A DNA stretch of 64,000 nt from Haliotis cracherodii (lineage: Eukaryota), in the NCBI RefSeq assembly GCF_022045235.1, contig NW_027266286.1:17422001-17486000 (forward strand). The letters are read 5' to 3'. The notes beneath the pieces are model-generated. The model saw only the letters and a program-made list of their open reading frames with translations. It was not told the origin of the DNA and ran no database searches. The position numbers were made by a program, and so were the translations under genes. Of this stretch, positions 26,330 to 39,831 are shown in pieces; the stretch's first letter is position 1, and each line of letters opens with the position of its first letter.

Positions 26330-27267
26330 GGCGGCAGACGACTGAGACAGCGGTTTACTTAGATTCTGAAAGTACAACAATAGGTCACGTAAGGTATAAT
26401 CAATGATATTAATATGGAATATTATCAATCAGGCTTGATAGAAACCCTAGAGGCATCAAAGATTTACCCACGTGAATTGATCTGATGAAGGTTTTATAGG
26501 TGAGTACTTTACTTCTAATTGCGACCAGTCAAGCTTCGCTGAAATGACGGGACCTATCAGTCAGCACCATACCCGTGCTCGTGGGTTTCACCAAAGTGGG
26601 AAACGTCTGATGCCTACATCACTTCGAGGGTCCCCACGGTAAGCAAACACGCCGACATATAAGTAATATACTGTTCAAAGCGGCGTTAAAACTAACTCAC
26701 TCACTCTGTCATCTACCATTCATCATCAATCATCTAACATCCACCATCTACTATCCACCATCTATTATCTTCCGTTTATCATCTACCATCTAGCATACAT
26801 CAGAACTGTTTGTGCTTTCAACCAGGCACCTAGAAGCTAGAACAGCCTTCCAGTGGTTAACGACCTCTACAGAACACACTGATTTCACTTCCTGCAACGA
26901 TCCAGAGACGCCTTGTCAAACTTTGGGTTAAAATGTCCCTGATCGAGGCATAACTCGGAATCAAATACTCTTCGTACTTTTCCCCGCGTCATTCTTCATG
27001 ACAAATGATACGCGGTTTGAAAAAAGAAAAGAGAACATGTACATATGATTTCAAACCTCTGTTGGAAATTAAACCCAACAGACGCATAACAGTGCCAAAG
27101 ATTACAACTGTGAACGCGTATTTCAGCTTGTCATTTAATGAGTAGGTTTCTCGGCAGGATAAAGCCAACGGATATAACGGCATCCGTTGTTGTCTTTAAA
27201 TTTAATTATATTTAATGCTTTTTAAGACAATGTTTACTTTCAATACAGGACACAGTTTATTCTCCAT

Positions 27268-27725
27268 TCACTGTTCCAGAACTATATACTTGAACTTGTA
27301 AACATAGGGCGTCATTCACTGTCCCAGAGCTGTAATCTTGTTAATAAGGGTGTCCTACCCGTTTTCAGAGCTATACCCTTGTCAATAAGGGTGTCCTGCG
27401 CTGTTTCAAAGCTACACCCTTGTACACACGGATATCCTACACTCTTCCAGAGCTATACTCTTCAACAAATGAGTGTCCTACATCGTTGCAGAGCTATACT
27501 CTTGTATGAACGGGTGTCCTAAACTGTTCCAGAGCTGTACACTTGTAAGTACGAGTGTCCAATGCTGTTCCAGGGCTATACGTTTGTATAAACAGGCGTC
27601 CTATGCTTTTCCAGAGCTATATTATTGTAAAAACGGGTGTCCTACACTGTTCCAGAGCTATACTCTTATATAAACAGGTGCCCTATGCTAGTTCAGAGCT
27701 TCACCGCTGTATAAACGGTGTCCAC
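27268..27725. repeat. Degenerate ~40-bp tandem repeat
   Basis: gtgtcctacactgttccagagctatactcttgt. Confidence 0.8.
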
Positions 27726-29746
27726 TTTCTACTCCGAGTACGTGCCGCGTAGCGCCATGTATGTCGTGCATGTTACGCTTTTTGTTAAGAAGGTCGATTC
27801 CGATTAGGAATTATGTCTCCTGATGCGGTTCTTTACCAGGAACTAAATGTCTTATAGTTTCCATAATTAGCGTGGAGTGGCAAAAGTATCCTCCAAGGTT
27901 GAACGCATGTCAAACGCAAAGACAAAAACGGTCACGCATTTGCAGTATTGACCACCGATGTTAGTTGATCAAGGAGGTAAAAACAAGTCTTTATATTTCT
28001 GAAACTGGCTGTTATTTGAACAAAGGGAAACTGTGTTCCGGAACGTTAACAGTAGAGACTGGCTTCATACAAAGGTCAGACCATGCAGAGTGATTCACGC
28101 GAGAAGCTGCTTACACTGACTTGACCTTGTCCACTCAGTGTCATGCAATCGCAATGGCGGCCAATATATGTCCAAGCTTTATTGCTTTGGAACTGGTATA
28201 CTTATTCATAGGAATTCTCTCTCCCAATGTTTTTTGTGCGCAATTTCTCCGTAAATATAGATAAGGGGGAAACAGAGCCCCCCCCCGTGCTATTTTTATA
28301 TTTTTGTATTGCAGTGGAATGGCAAATATTTTGCGCATTATTAATGATAAATAATTTTATCTCGACAAGGGTAACAATGAATAAATTAATAGAACACACT
28401 GTGGATGTTCAAAAAGTAATTGTCAATATTCAAAATGAACGACTCGTATATTGGCTAAAGTAACTTTGCGTGGGAAAAAGACGGTAGACAATGAAAACAC
28501 TCATTACAGATACCATAAGACTCATATGAATCCCTGTGAAAGTTTAAAAAATGTAAAACATACACTTTTAAAAAAAAAAAATATCGAAGAAGAGAAAGAG
28601 TTCAAGGACTGCAGTTTTCATGTTTTTCGTATCAGAAAAAAACATGTTAAGATTAGTATATTTATCCATTATCCATTACCCATTGTATTGAATTACATCT
28701 CAGGACGGCGTTCGTCATGCATATACGTACGGCAGCAAGTTGAGAACACTTTCTAGAGCACAATAACTAGAGAAGCTGACAAACAACATTACCACGCAGA
28801 ATATGATGACCATATTAAGACATACATCGGGAGCAGATTATAAATGACGTCAGTACTCTGACACGATTATGATTCACGGACGTAATCAGGGTTATCTCCC
28901 TGCTTGACCCGCTTCATGGGCACGCAAACGTTCGGAATCCGGTCCGCGGCAACGTTGTTAGGGTAATAGTATTTCATAAGCTTCCTTAAGGCGATCTGAA
29001 AATGTTACGGATAATGTACTTCACACGATATCTTGAAGGCTCTGAACGAGAAATGCTGTGATGACCTGAGCGGCTAAATAGTCTGTTTTTACTTGTAGTT
29101 CAGCTAGCCTCAGATACAACCAAACTACTTGGCGACACGACTACATTGGAAAACTGTGCGCCGGCCCCAAATCTACGACATCGAAGCCGGAACATGCGCT
29201 ATTTGCTGAATAGGTAGCTCTTTGTTGATAAATAAGAACAAGGACATTTTACAAAGTTGTGAGTATTATTGCCAAAATTGGTACATGAAGTATCAAGCTA
29301 CAGGGTGCTCTGGATAGCGCTGGCAGGTTGTTCCTGAACATGACCGCTATGGCCCCAAAATGACTTCCTCAGCGATAGAAACTAACATGTTTAGTCCACT
29401 ATTTTCATAATGACAATAAAAACGACAAAAACTAACATGTTCAGTCCACTATTTTTATAATGACAATAAAAAAGACAAAAACCCGAAAAAACAATTATAA
29501 TGACAAAACCCCTAAAAAAGGCAAAATTCGACTAGTCCTTATGACACCTTGGGCAGTTTGGCAAGGACTACAGGACTAGTGACAATTTCTATCCTGCTTC
29601 CTGTGACGAGATTGTCACTGAGTCCACCCGTCATGACGTAGCTCAGGTGTCTGTGCCAAGCTGCTTATAACCGAACGGTCGTACCGAGATGACGACAAAC
29701 AACTGTGTAGGACTTGCCTACATTATTGGTTAATTCGATGACATGA

Positions 29747-30019
29747 GTGAGTGAGTGAGTTGTGTTTAACGCCGCTTTTAACAGTATTCCTGTTATATCA
29801 CGGTGTGCCAGCTTAATGTGGGAGGAAAGCCCGAAGTGATGCAGGTCTTAGACGTTTACCACTTCGGTGAAACCCACGAGCACGGGTATGGTGCTGACAA
29901 ACCTAGAAACATAAATGGGGCGAACCGGGATTCGAACCCACAATCATAGGTTTCTGGAGTGCCCAAGGGACGCAACTCTGCATAGCGAATCGCGGCACCT
30001 TAGTCGACTGGGCCACCCG
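29747..30019 (-). mobile_element. SINE family D
   Basis: TSD tcgatgacatga. Confidence 0.9.
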
Positions 30020-30292
30020 TCGATGACATGAAGCCCATTCTGGTGTCCCCCGCTGTGATATTGCTGGAATATTGCTAAAAGCAGCAAAATACCCAATACT
30101 CACTCACGCAATGTCTTAAAAGTGGGTTTACGCCAGAACCTGACACGAAGCTTAGTGTCGACCTCCAGGTGGAGAAAATCGTCTCACTCAACTAATGTCA
30201 CACCTATTACTCCGAGGGCCGGAGTGAGTGTTCAGAGTGAGTGGGTGCGGTTTTACGCTGCTAAGCAACATCACGACGGGGGACGCCTGGTA

Positions 30293-30537
30293 TTGTTTGT
30301 TTGTTTGTTTTCTTTGTTGTTTAACGCAGCTCACAGCAACTTTCCAGCTATATGACGGCGTCTGTAAATAATCGAGTCTGGACCAGACAATGCAGTGATT
30401 GAAGTCATGAGTATCGATCCACGCAATTGGGATACGATGACATGCATCAACCAAGTCAGCGAGCCTGACTACCCGATCCCGTTAGTCGCCTCTTACGACA
30501 AGCATGAGTTGCCGCAGAGCTATTCTGGCCCGGATCT
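30293..30537 (-). mobile_element. Family B, single-hairpin variant
   Basis: Identity to other copies. Confidence 0.82.
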
Positions 30538-30615
30538 AAACAACAAACAAACAAGTCCTGTCTTCATGTACGTTAGTCACAGATCACTGACAATAAAACG
30601 AGAAGGATAACTTAC

Positions 30616-30830
30616 CCATCTGTGTGATCTGTGTAAAACCTACTCGCGCTGGCAACCACTGCGTCAATACTAATGTACATCGACTGAAGCAATCTACTGG
30701 TATGGATCGTGTGACGACTTTAGCTAATAGGTTGCCTGTTAAAACATGCTAACAACCAATATTGACCTCAGCCTGCAGAAGGTGGTTCTAACATGCCAGG
30801 TGCTCCGACAGATGCTCTGATTGGCTACCG
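30616..30830 (-). promoter_or_regulatory. Candidate promoter and non-coding first exon of the prohormone gene
   Basis: gtaagt donor at 30615-30610; Inr-like TCAGTC at 30687-30682; TGACGCA at ~30660; CCAAT at ~30820. Confidence 0.3.
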
Positions 30831-31296
30831 GCTCATTATCATCTCTACAGTTACCGGTATCTCAGTCATCGCCAGCAGCTTAGGGAGTCAACCTGCTAAC
30901 CATTTACGAGTTACTATGGTGACGGATTAGACGAAACTCAAGGATTATTGGTCAACAGCGGTCATTTTCTGAATACGAATAATTACCATGCAGAACAATC
31001 AGCGAGCTGTTATCATTTATTCCTTGAATGAATGCCCTACAATGGCGCTGATGGTATAACAGCATGAGGCATTGTCTGGTATCATCTACACGAAGCTTTC
31101 AACTGTAAATTCTTTTTGTGATGTTGATGCTTATTATCACTTTTTGATACTGCGTCACTGTTGGTAGCTCTTGGTGAAGCATCATGTATAATGAGGGCGT
31201 TATTTCCACACCTACACCCCTGTTAGCGTTTCAAAAACGTGTGTGTATTCGGGACATATATATATATATATAAATATAAATGCATGAATCATTTAT

Positions 31297-31560
31297 TGTT
31301 TGTTTGTTGTTTAACGCCGCACTCCAGCAATATTCCAGGTATATGACGGCGGTCTGTAAATAATCTAGTCTGGGCCAGACAATCCAGTAATTGACATCAT
31401 GAGCATCGATCTACGCAATTGGGATACGATGACATGCATCAACCAAGTCAGCGAGCCTGACCACCCGATCCCGTTAGTTGCCTCTTACGACAAGCATAGT
31501 CGCCTCTTACGGAAAGCAAGGGTTGCTGAAGACCTATTCTACCCCGGATCTTCACGGGTC
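31297..31560 (-). mobile_element. Family B, full length
   Basis: Identity to other copies; same 5' end. Confidence 0.87.
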
Positions 31561-32739
31561 GCCACCTTGTGTGGTGGTTAATAAAACTTTACGAAGTTCA
31601 TCAGCTGATTATTATTCTGTACCAGCACCGTGCGATAAAGGGCTGACAAAACCGTGTTCTTGTGGGCTATGAAATTGGCAGTACGTTCTCTTACTTAAAC
31701 AGTCCATACCTTCTGAAATTAAAATACGTCTGGACTTTTAGACTTGGACTAGACATCATTTTGTTAAAACAAAAAACATTTTAAGAATAGACCAGATCTC
31801 TTTGAAGTGTGAGTTTATAGCTTGTGATGCGTCCTTGCATGTGAAACATATTATCTGCTGCTAATACACGAATGCCATCGCATGTTGAGTTTTACCAATG
31901 GTAAAACATTCTTTCAATTTGTGGGGCCCTGAACGAGTATTTGATCAATCGCGTGTACGTTTTCACATCCAACTGACGGGGGACAGTGAAAATAAAGAGC
32001 TCTGAACTGGTGGCTTTTAGTTAAACCGTCATTGGTGAAATGTGTGGAGGAAGATGCAGAACTTCTGCATTAACTAGACACAAGTGACAAGAATTCGAAA
32101 ATCAAATATTTTTAGATGCTTAATTTGAATACCTAGGACTCCCAAGCGAGTTCGATACAACTGGGAATTCGGCAGATCCGAGTATAAATGATGACAAATA
32201 TAAAAGGAATTCGCAGGGAACGGAAGATGAGTTAAAGACAAACGGAAATTCGACACACCCAAGTTCGAGACAACGACTACAAATAACGTGGGCATGATGC
32301 AATTTACCTCGGCACAGCACAAATATTTTCCTGGGAACAACACCATATATTTACCTAGGTGTAACGTATTTACTTATATATGCACAACAGAATGACAAAA
32401 ACAATTCTAGGCACAACCCAATTATTACCTTGGCATAGCTCAATTATTTACCTAGGGACAATTCAGTGATCGCATGCCTGCATTATTCTCTTCGGGTAAG
32501 GAGATCCATCGGTGATGTACATGTTCATCCATAAGACCCTATACTAAAGGTTGTTCGTTTGTTGTTTAACGCCGCTCTCAACACTATTCCAGCTATATGG
32601 CGACGCTCTGTAAATACTAGGGTCTGGACAAGACAATCATAGTGACTGACATCATGAGCATCGATCTACGGCATACGATGACATGCATCAACCACATCAG
32701 CGAGTCTGACCGCCAGATCCTGTTTGTCGCCTCTTATGT

Positions 32740-33312
32740 CCCCCTTTCACTTCGACCTTGAATATCCCGAATCACCCCGAATCGGAAACCTTCGAAATTC
32801 GTGATGATTCGGCCAATAATGCAAACTTTCGTGGCTAATCGGTTTGAAAAATATGAAGAATGCCAGGAATTGGTTAAGAAACATGTACGAATTGTAAGAA
32901 TCACCTACGACTAAGTTACGAATATGCCGAATGTTGTTCTTACTTAATTCTTACATGATTCGTACTGTTTCGGGATGTTTTCGGGTTGAGAACAAGAAAT
33001 TTTGGGAGCTACGAATCGCTAAGAATAGCCGAGAATGCAATAGAGTCGATTACGAAGCTGTTACGGAACATAAGAATTAATTACGAATGGATTACGATAC
33101 AGCCACGAAACTGCAATTCGGGGACCCTTCCACGAAAGTTTTTGACAAACAAAAACTTTCTCGCCGATTCGACGAACTCCGCCGAATTGTATGGATGTTT
33201 GGGAATCAAATAAGATTCATTTAAGAACTTCAAAAAATGATTGAGATTTATCTACGAACATGAAAAATGTCCTATTCGGCGTGATTCGGGATATTCGTGG
33301 GTGGCAAGGGGG
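32740..33312. mobile_element. TIR element (PIF/Harbinger-like MITE?) with internal cgaat repeats
   Basis: cccccttt..gaatatcccgaatcac / gtgattcggggatattc..aagggg. Confidence 0.55.
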
Positions 33313-34593
33313 GGGGGGGGGGGGGGGGGATTACTATAGACAAAAGAAGAAAACATATTTCAATATACCCTACCCACCCTTAACAAATCCATAACCATAT
33401 GCTCGGTTCTGGCTGACTACGGTCGGATATCACAACAGCGCTTGGAATTCCATAGGTAGTATGAAGTCTCGACTCTATCTTCTCCGACAAACTACCGCAT
33501 CCATGACTCGTCTCTTAGGCAGATTTTCTCTTTGTCTTTCTAGAAATAGAGTTGTCTGGAATGTTCCGTTTCTGTGGGAGTGTCCCTTGTCAATTAACTC
33601 AGTGACCTCCGAGTACCATCCACAATGGCGGTCTTCATCCAAGAAACACTTGGATGTATGCGGTGCGAAATAACACTAATTTTGAGTGGGTTAACTTCTT
33701 GTAACATGAGATGTCTTTGTTGCAAATGGCCGCATGATACAAAACATTTTTCATTGTGTTTTCTGAGCCGAAATGTATTTTAAAGGCGTCATCATGAGCA
33801 AAATATAAAAAGCACGCTTTTATGTAGGTATTTTTGCATATGCCATGCACAAACAGGAAGATGCGTGTCCATGAATCTCACGGTAATGGCATCAATCATC
33901 GATGTTACACATTGTCGCGTGACGCAATTATTATTAAGTCAGCTTCATGTCAATAACTCTGTGTACATGATTTATGGAAAACCGCACCAAGGAAGAATAA
34001 CTTCAGTCGAAACGGCATTCTGATGGAATAACGGGAGAATATCGATATATGTTTTCTAAAATCATTTTATCCACTACCATGTACGAAGCACAAATTACAG
34101 GAGTTGTTTGCGCACTGGGATCGAGACGTGAGAAGAAGGGTATTGACCGTAGGCGTCACCCTATGTTTCCGCTAGGTCGGCTCCAGCAGGCTCTATCAGG
34201 TCCCTGCAGCCCGCGGATAAGCCTATAACGTGTATAAAAAATGTAGGTTGTCAATATCGTTTTACTCACGTACGGACAAACTGAAGTACATCACGTTAGA
34301 AACACAATCTTATATTTATAGCGTATGTCTTGGTTCTCCTCTTATATTGAATAGAGATTCAAGGACGCATGTGCCGAAAACATGTTTGTATAAAAAAAAT
34401 TAAAAAGCCGCTTAGTAGGTTTATAAAAACGTAAAGATAAGCATCTGGAACGTATCGTGTGTTTCGATGCAAAAATGAATCGTTTTCAATAGAGACTGTA
34501 TGTTAAATAGAAAATAGCCTTTCCTGCTGCTGCTGCTGCGGCATCACGGCCTTGTTTGAGCTCTACTGGAGCGTTGCTGGAGCGAGATCACAG

Positions 34594-34742
34594 ACTATCC
34601 ACCCCAGATAGACACGGGACTTTCCATCCCAGATACACACGGGACTATCCATTCCAGATAGACACGGGACTGTCCACCCCAGATAGACACGGAACTATCC
34701 ATCCCAGATAGAGACGGGGCTATCCACCCAAGATGGACACAG
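34594..34742. repeat. 25-bp tandem repeat, ~6 copies
   Basis: gactatccaccccagatagacacgg. Confidence 0.88.
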
Positions 34743-35940
34743 CACCCTCCTCCCGATTTTGAAAAAAGGACCCTCCACCCTGATTGGACACGGGGCCACC
34801 TAACCCAACCGGACACCGTTCAACATTTTGTTTGAACACCTCCCAATTTCGGAATTTGTATGAACTGAACGACGCTTGAAATTGCCGCACACTAATAAAT
34901 TTGTCATTAAGCTATCTATTTCCGCTATTTAGATTGACCTTACACTGGCGCCAGGGCGTCAAAATGCCCAGTGTTGACTTTGGTAATAACTGCCGTGTTT
35001 CCGCTAGATCTGCTGCTGAAGCTGGGCAGCATCCCGGGCCGATGCCACCAATAGGTGTTGTTGGCGACATGCCTCTTGTACAAACACGCATCCGTGGACG
35101 CCAATCTAACACCGTCAGGTCTTCCTCAAATGAAATTCAACTGAAGGATCTTCTGCCAACAAGCTTACCAAATTCACTTTAGCTTCCATATCCTCCAATT
35201 TAGAGTCTTTTGCAAAACCGGGCTGTGATCAATATGTCTGAAGAGCGCTTAGTGTAATCTGACAAAATTCGGTTTGGCTGTATTGTTGCTGTGTTTGTGC
35301 ATCAGCTTGAATGTTTTGTGGCCATAACGCCTCCAGTGGGACAATAATAACGACGTTGTCTCAACAAACGTTCAAAATCATGTCGGTACTAATGGAGATG
35401 ACATAAGCCATGGGCTTCAATATACATCACAGCATTGAATGAAAACGGACCTTTACTGAAACAACCCATTCGTTTAAAACTGATTATCCATCGATCTAAT
35501 TTACTTGTGAGTTTTTTCTGGAAAGGATTGATAAATGTAAGAGGATGTCGAAGTGTTTAATGCATCAGTTTCTTGCTATGGCGGCCATTATGTGTTGACA
35601 CGGCTGATGCACGAGAGATGCTTCAATTAAGTAAGTGGAAAGTTGTATGTGAACCGGACATGTCTGTCTCAGACATAGATGTAAATCTTAACACTTTCAC
35701 AGACTTTTCGCACAGCTCCTTTAATTAACATAAATGATGGACCGTTCTTTAAGAATGATGACTATATAAGACACGATGGCGTGCAAATTACCACAGAGAG
35801 AGTGACCGGTTTTACGCTGGAATAGTGCAGCAATCCCATGACGGGACACAACCAATGGACGTTACACACCTTGTGGGAATCAAACCCGTAGTGACGACGT
35901 GACGATTGAATGACCTTTCCGTCGTAACTCATAAGTGCAA

Positions 35941-36205
35941 GACCCGTGAAGATTCCTGGGTAGAATAGGTCTACAGCAACCCATACTTGCCGTAAAAGGT
36001 GACTATGCTTGTCGTAAAAGGCGACTAACGGGATCGGGTGGTCAGGCTCGCTGACTTGGTTGAAACATGTCATCGATCCCAAATGCGTGGATCGATGCTT
36101 ATGATATTAATCACTGGATTGTCTGGTCCACACTCGATTATTTACAGACCGCCGTCATGTAGCTGCAATATTGCTGAGTGCGACGTTAAACAACCAACCA
36201 ACCAA
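35941..36205 (+). mobile_element. Family B, full length
   Basis: TSD ctcat(a/t)agtgcaa directly abutting GACCCG. Confidence 0.9.
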
Positions 36206-37654
36206 CTCATTAGTGCAAGCGTTTCCAAACACATTAAATGTTTATTACTATGACATGTGTTAAAATTATCGGGAGATTATGACATCGATTTTGACTGAAT
36301 AGTACGTCGCAAGGTTAACCGCAGCCATTTAACACAATACAGGACGCAGATTGGGATGAATATATCACCCGTGACGTCAACGGCATTTCTATTTACGTCG
36401 TCCCAAACAGTTGGGTGTAAAAAGGGGAGAGAATAAAATGAAAGAAAACGTGTGTTTGGAATATTTTCTTTGGATGTTAACCCTTATTTCGTAGATTCAC
36501 ATAAGTGTTTTTAAATAGGCTTGGCGTCAAGAAATACTTTTATCTTCTTAAAATCTATAGAATAGTTCACAAACGAAACAGTATCTAGCCCGAAAAGGTA
36601 TAACATATACTACTTATCACCATTAACCATCAATTACATTTGAGAGTTGACCCGGCGTAGTGCCAGTTTGCATCCCTTTGATAAATTCAATATCGGTGAA
36701 TATGTAAATCATGACATACAAAAGAAACCGCCTACACAGTGTTTGGACCCCCCTCTGGAGGGGGTCGAATATAGGGGTCAATACAGTCGTCATGGTGACC
36801 CAAGGGGAGAAGCACACTGAAACACTGACTGCATTGGGACCATTATGCAGAACAGCGTTAAATGACCGTCACGCAAGCAAATTAATGCTGGAGTAGGCTG
36901 AAGAAATTCCATACAGAATTGATTTTACACTGTTTTGTAGATCATAACATTCTATTCCCTTATCTTTTGTTTACGAATAGCCTTCCCGTTGTAACATCTT
37001 TCAATTATCCGAGTGCATTTGGAACCAATTGCCTCCGCCACTTTATTGATCCATCAAAACAGACGGTTATTCCGCAGTCGTAGAACCAGAAGATTTCACG
37101 TCAAGATATAATGATTCCTTCACCAAAGGCAATTATTCATTACTCAAAACAGAAAAAGCAAAGCCAGAGAATAACCAGTCTCGATTATGCACTCGAGCAG
37201 ATTCCATTGGGCGTAAAAGGCAAAACAGTGTTGTATCAATGGAGTGGTTTTCGCGACAAGGGTAAACATGCCCTGCCCAACTGGACAGTCTAAAAAAACA
37301 CACGACTAGATATCACTCGGAAAGTACTTCAATAAGGGTCGGTATGCATGTGACTGATCACCTAAAGGAGCTCGTGGTCTAGTGGTGAATACGTTCGCTA
37401 ATCCTGCCGAAGAACCGGGTTCGATTCTTCATAAGCATAATGTGTTTAAGCGCGGATGCAGTTTTTTGAAAAAGAGGGCGCATTTGGTGATTTGGCAATC
37501 CGGTTTAGTAACCGTGTGATTTTGGTGAAAGCATATCACCAAATAAGAATTGATATACGAATATTTTTCGTATCACCTATAAATGTATTCATGTTTAGAA
37601 TGCCTCAAAATGTTTTAAGAAGGTGCGTGTGGACTGCTCACCCCTGCATCCCTT

Positions 37655-37965
37655 CCCGCCCCCGTGGTCGAGTGGATAAACCGTCTTCCCGGGTAGCGAA
37701 AGGTCGGGCGTCATACCAAAAGACGTTAAAAGATGGTTCTTGTTGTTACCTTGTCGCTCGACATTAAGGGATAAAAATAAAACAAGGACTGGTCGGCTCA
37801 GAGTCAGTGTACTGTTTCTGAGTGGGGTTGAATGTTAAACTGTGGCATGCGACACACACACACGAACGCACGCATTCGCGCAACCACACAAACACACACG
37901 CACGCATGCGCATCGCTTCAAAAGTACAATCATCTTGAACGCGACGTTAAACTCCATTTCACCTC
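37655..37965 (+). mobile_element. SINE family A, diverged
   Basis: gtcataccaaaagacgttaaaagatgg core and gcgacgttaaa tail. Confidence 0.8.
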
Positions 37966-38538
37966 AGCTCTCGCCACACTATGTCGACGTGCGACCAGCG
38001 TGCGGCGTGACCTTGGATCGTCCAGCCAGATGACCATGCTAAATCAATACCCTCTCTGCCCATATCGCCTGCATCGTCCACGCCGTCTGTCTTTGACAAT
38101 TTTCGTCCCACGGCATCTGCAGGAGTCTACTAGACAAGAAATATCCCCACGGGAAGCCTAGCCAAATGCGAGATTTAAGGCACAAAACATCCCAAGCAAA
38201 GAATTTCCCCCGTTTATGCCCCCCGGGTAAAACCGATCCTAATGCTGTCATGTGCAAGCCTCGTTGTAGCAAGTAATCATTTTATCTCGACATTTGAAAT
38301 AGATTGATGTAGTTAGCGTCCATATTTCTGATGCTGAGCCGTCGGAGAGCGCACATAAGTGATAGTTTGGGAAAATTACAGTGCCAGTGGTAATCCTTAT
38401 GCGCGAGTTGGACCGAGGCATAGGTATGATCAGTCGTTAGGGATACCCCCGGATACAACGTATTGTGTGTCTAACACCAAATAACCAGCATTGTGGGCAG
38501 TTGCCAGCTTCCACCAAACCGATGTCACAGCCCATCGT

Positions 38539-38924
38539 CTAATGGAGGCGACTGGTTTTGACTAGTTTCTATAAATACGATTGTGCCGACCCTAATGGAG
38601 ACGACTGGTTTTGACTAGTTTCCATACATATGATTATGCCGACCCTAATGGGGACGATTGGTTTTGACTAGTTTCCATAAATGTTTTGACTAGTTTCCAT
38701 ATATATGATTGTGCAGACCCTAATAGATACGACTGGTTTTGACTAGTTCCTATAGATATGATTGTGCAGATCCTAATGGTCACGACTGGTTTTGACTAGT
38801 TTCCATAAATATGATTGTGCAGACCCTAATAGATACCACTGGTTTTGACTAGTTCCTATGCATATGATTATGCAGTCTCTAATGGGAGACGACTGGTTTT
38901 GACTAGTTTCTATAAACATGATTT
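38539..38924. repeat. ~53-bp tandem repeat, ~7 copies
   Basis: ctaatggagacgactggttttgactagtttccataaatatgattgtgcagacc. Confidence 0.92.
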
Positions 38925-39555
38925 ATCATGTATATTCAGAGCATATATGAACATTATTCACCATCTGAAGCCGTGACGTCACATCCGACATTTGCGGTTA
39001 TACAAGTTATACGTTTAGATGATTTGGTATACACAATGAGGCTGTATCGTAGGTTACGCAGATGTTTACAAAGGCTGTGTCTGGGAGGACAGTCGATGGC
39101 ACCAGATGCCTACGGTTATTAAGAGAATAATGCGTTTTCCTAACAAGTAATATATACAGAATAGTTGAGAAGACCTTGCCTTCTGTAGAGACCTTGTTAA
39201 CTACTGAATAATGTCAGGAGGACGTTGACGTCGTTAAGCCGTCGGCGTCGGTGCGATCTACTTGGCCGTTAGAGTGGTCATTTACATGCTGCTCTACCAG
39301 ATATGACGTCTTTAGAAAATAAATCGATACACTTAACAACCAAACAACGTTGAATGAGGATTGACACAATTTTATCATGCTTATATTTATAAAAATTCAA
39401 GGTAATATTCACAGGAGCTGTTTAATAAAGTTTACAGTGGTTTAAAAATGGCAGAGCTGTGGCGATATTACATACACACAAGCACTCACAGACTTTGCAC
39501 ATGGGTCATAAAATAATAAATATCACTAAACAAAATAACTTCCTCTGCATCGACC

Positions 39556-39831
39556 GGGGGTCACGGGTGACCAAGTCGTCTAAGGCGCCGCGATTCGCTG
39601 CGCAGAATTGCGTCCCTTTGTCACGGCAGAACCCTATGATTGTGGGTTCGAATCCCGGTTCGCCCCGATTATGTTTCTAGGTTTGTCAGCACCATACCCG
39701 TGCTCGAGGGTTTCACCGAAGTGGTAACCGTCTAAGACCTGCATCACTTCGGGCTTTCCTCCCACATTAAGCTGACACGCTGTGATATAACTGGAATAAT
39801 GTTAAAAGCGGCGTTAAACCCAACTCACTCA
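39556..39831 (+). mobile_element. SINE family D, full length (tRNA-Leu-like head, V-domain-like middle)
   Basis: TSD ctctgcatc(g/a)acc. Partial copies at ~26555-26705 and 19930-20100. Confidence 0.9.

Noticed and set aside
26018-26428. Whole ORFs 26018-26428 and 18859-19554 as single-exon genes
   Set aside because: Only their internal parts are exons; the flanks are intron read-through beyond clear splice sites.
33308-33329. Poly-G runs here and at 63285-63313
   Set aside because: Simple homopolymers; length unreliable in assemblies.
35941-36040. Calling the family B head a canonical HDV-like ribozyme
   Set aside because: The P1/P2/P3/P1.1 order could not be matched by eye; kept only as an unclassified structure candidate.
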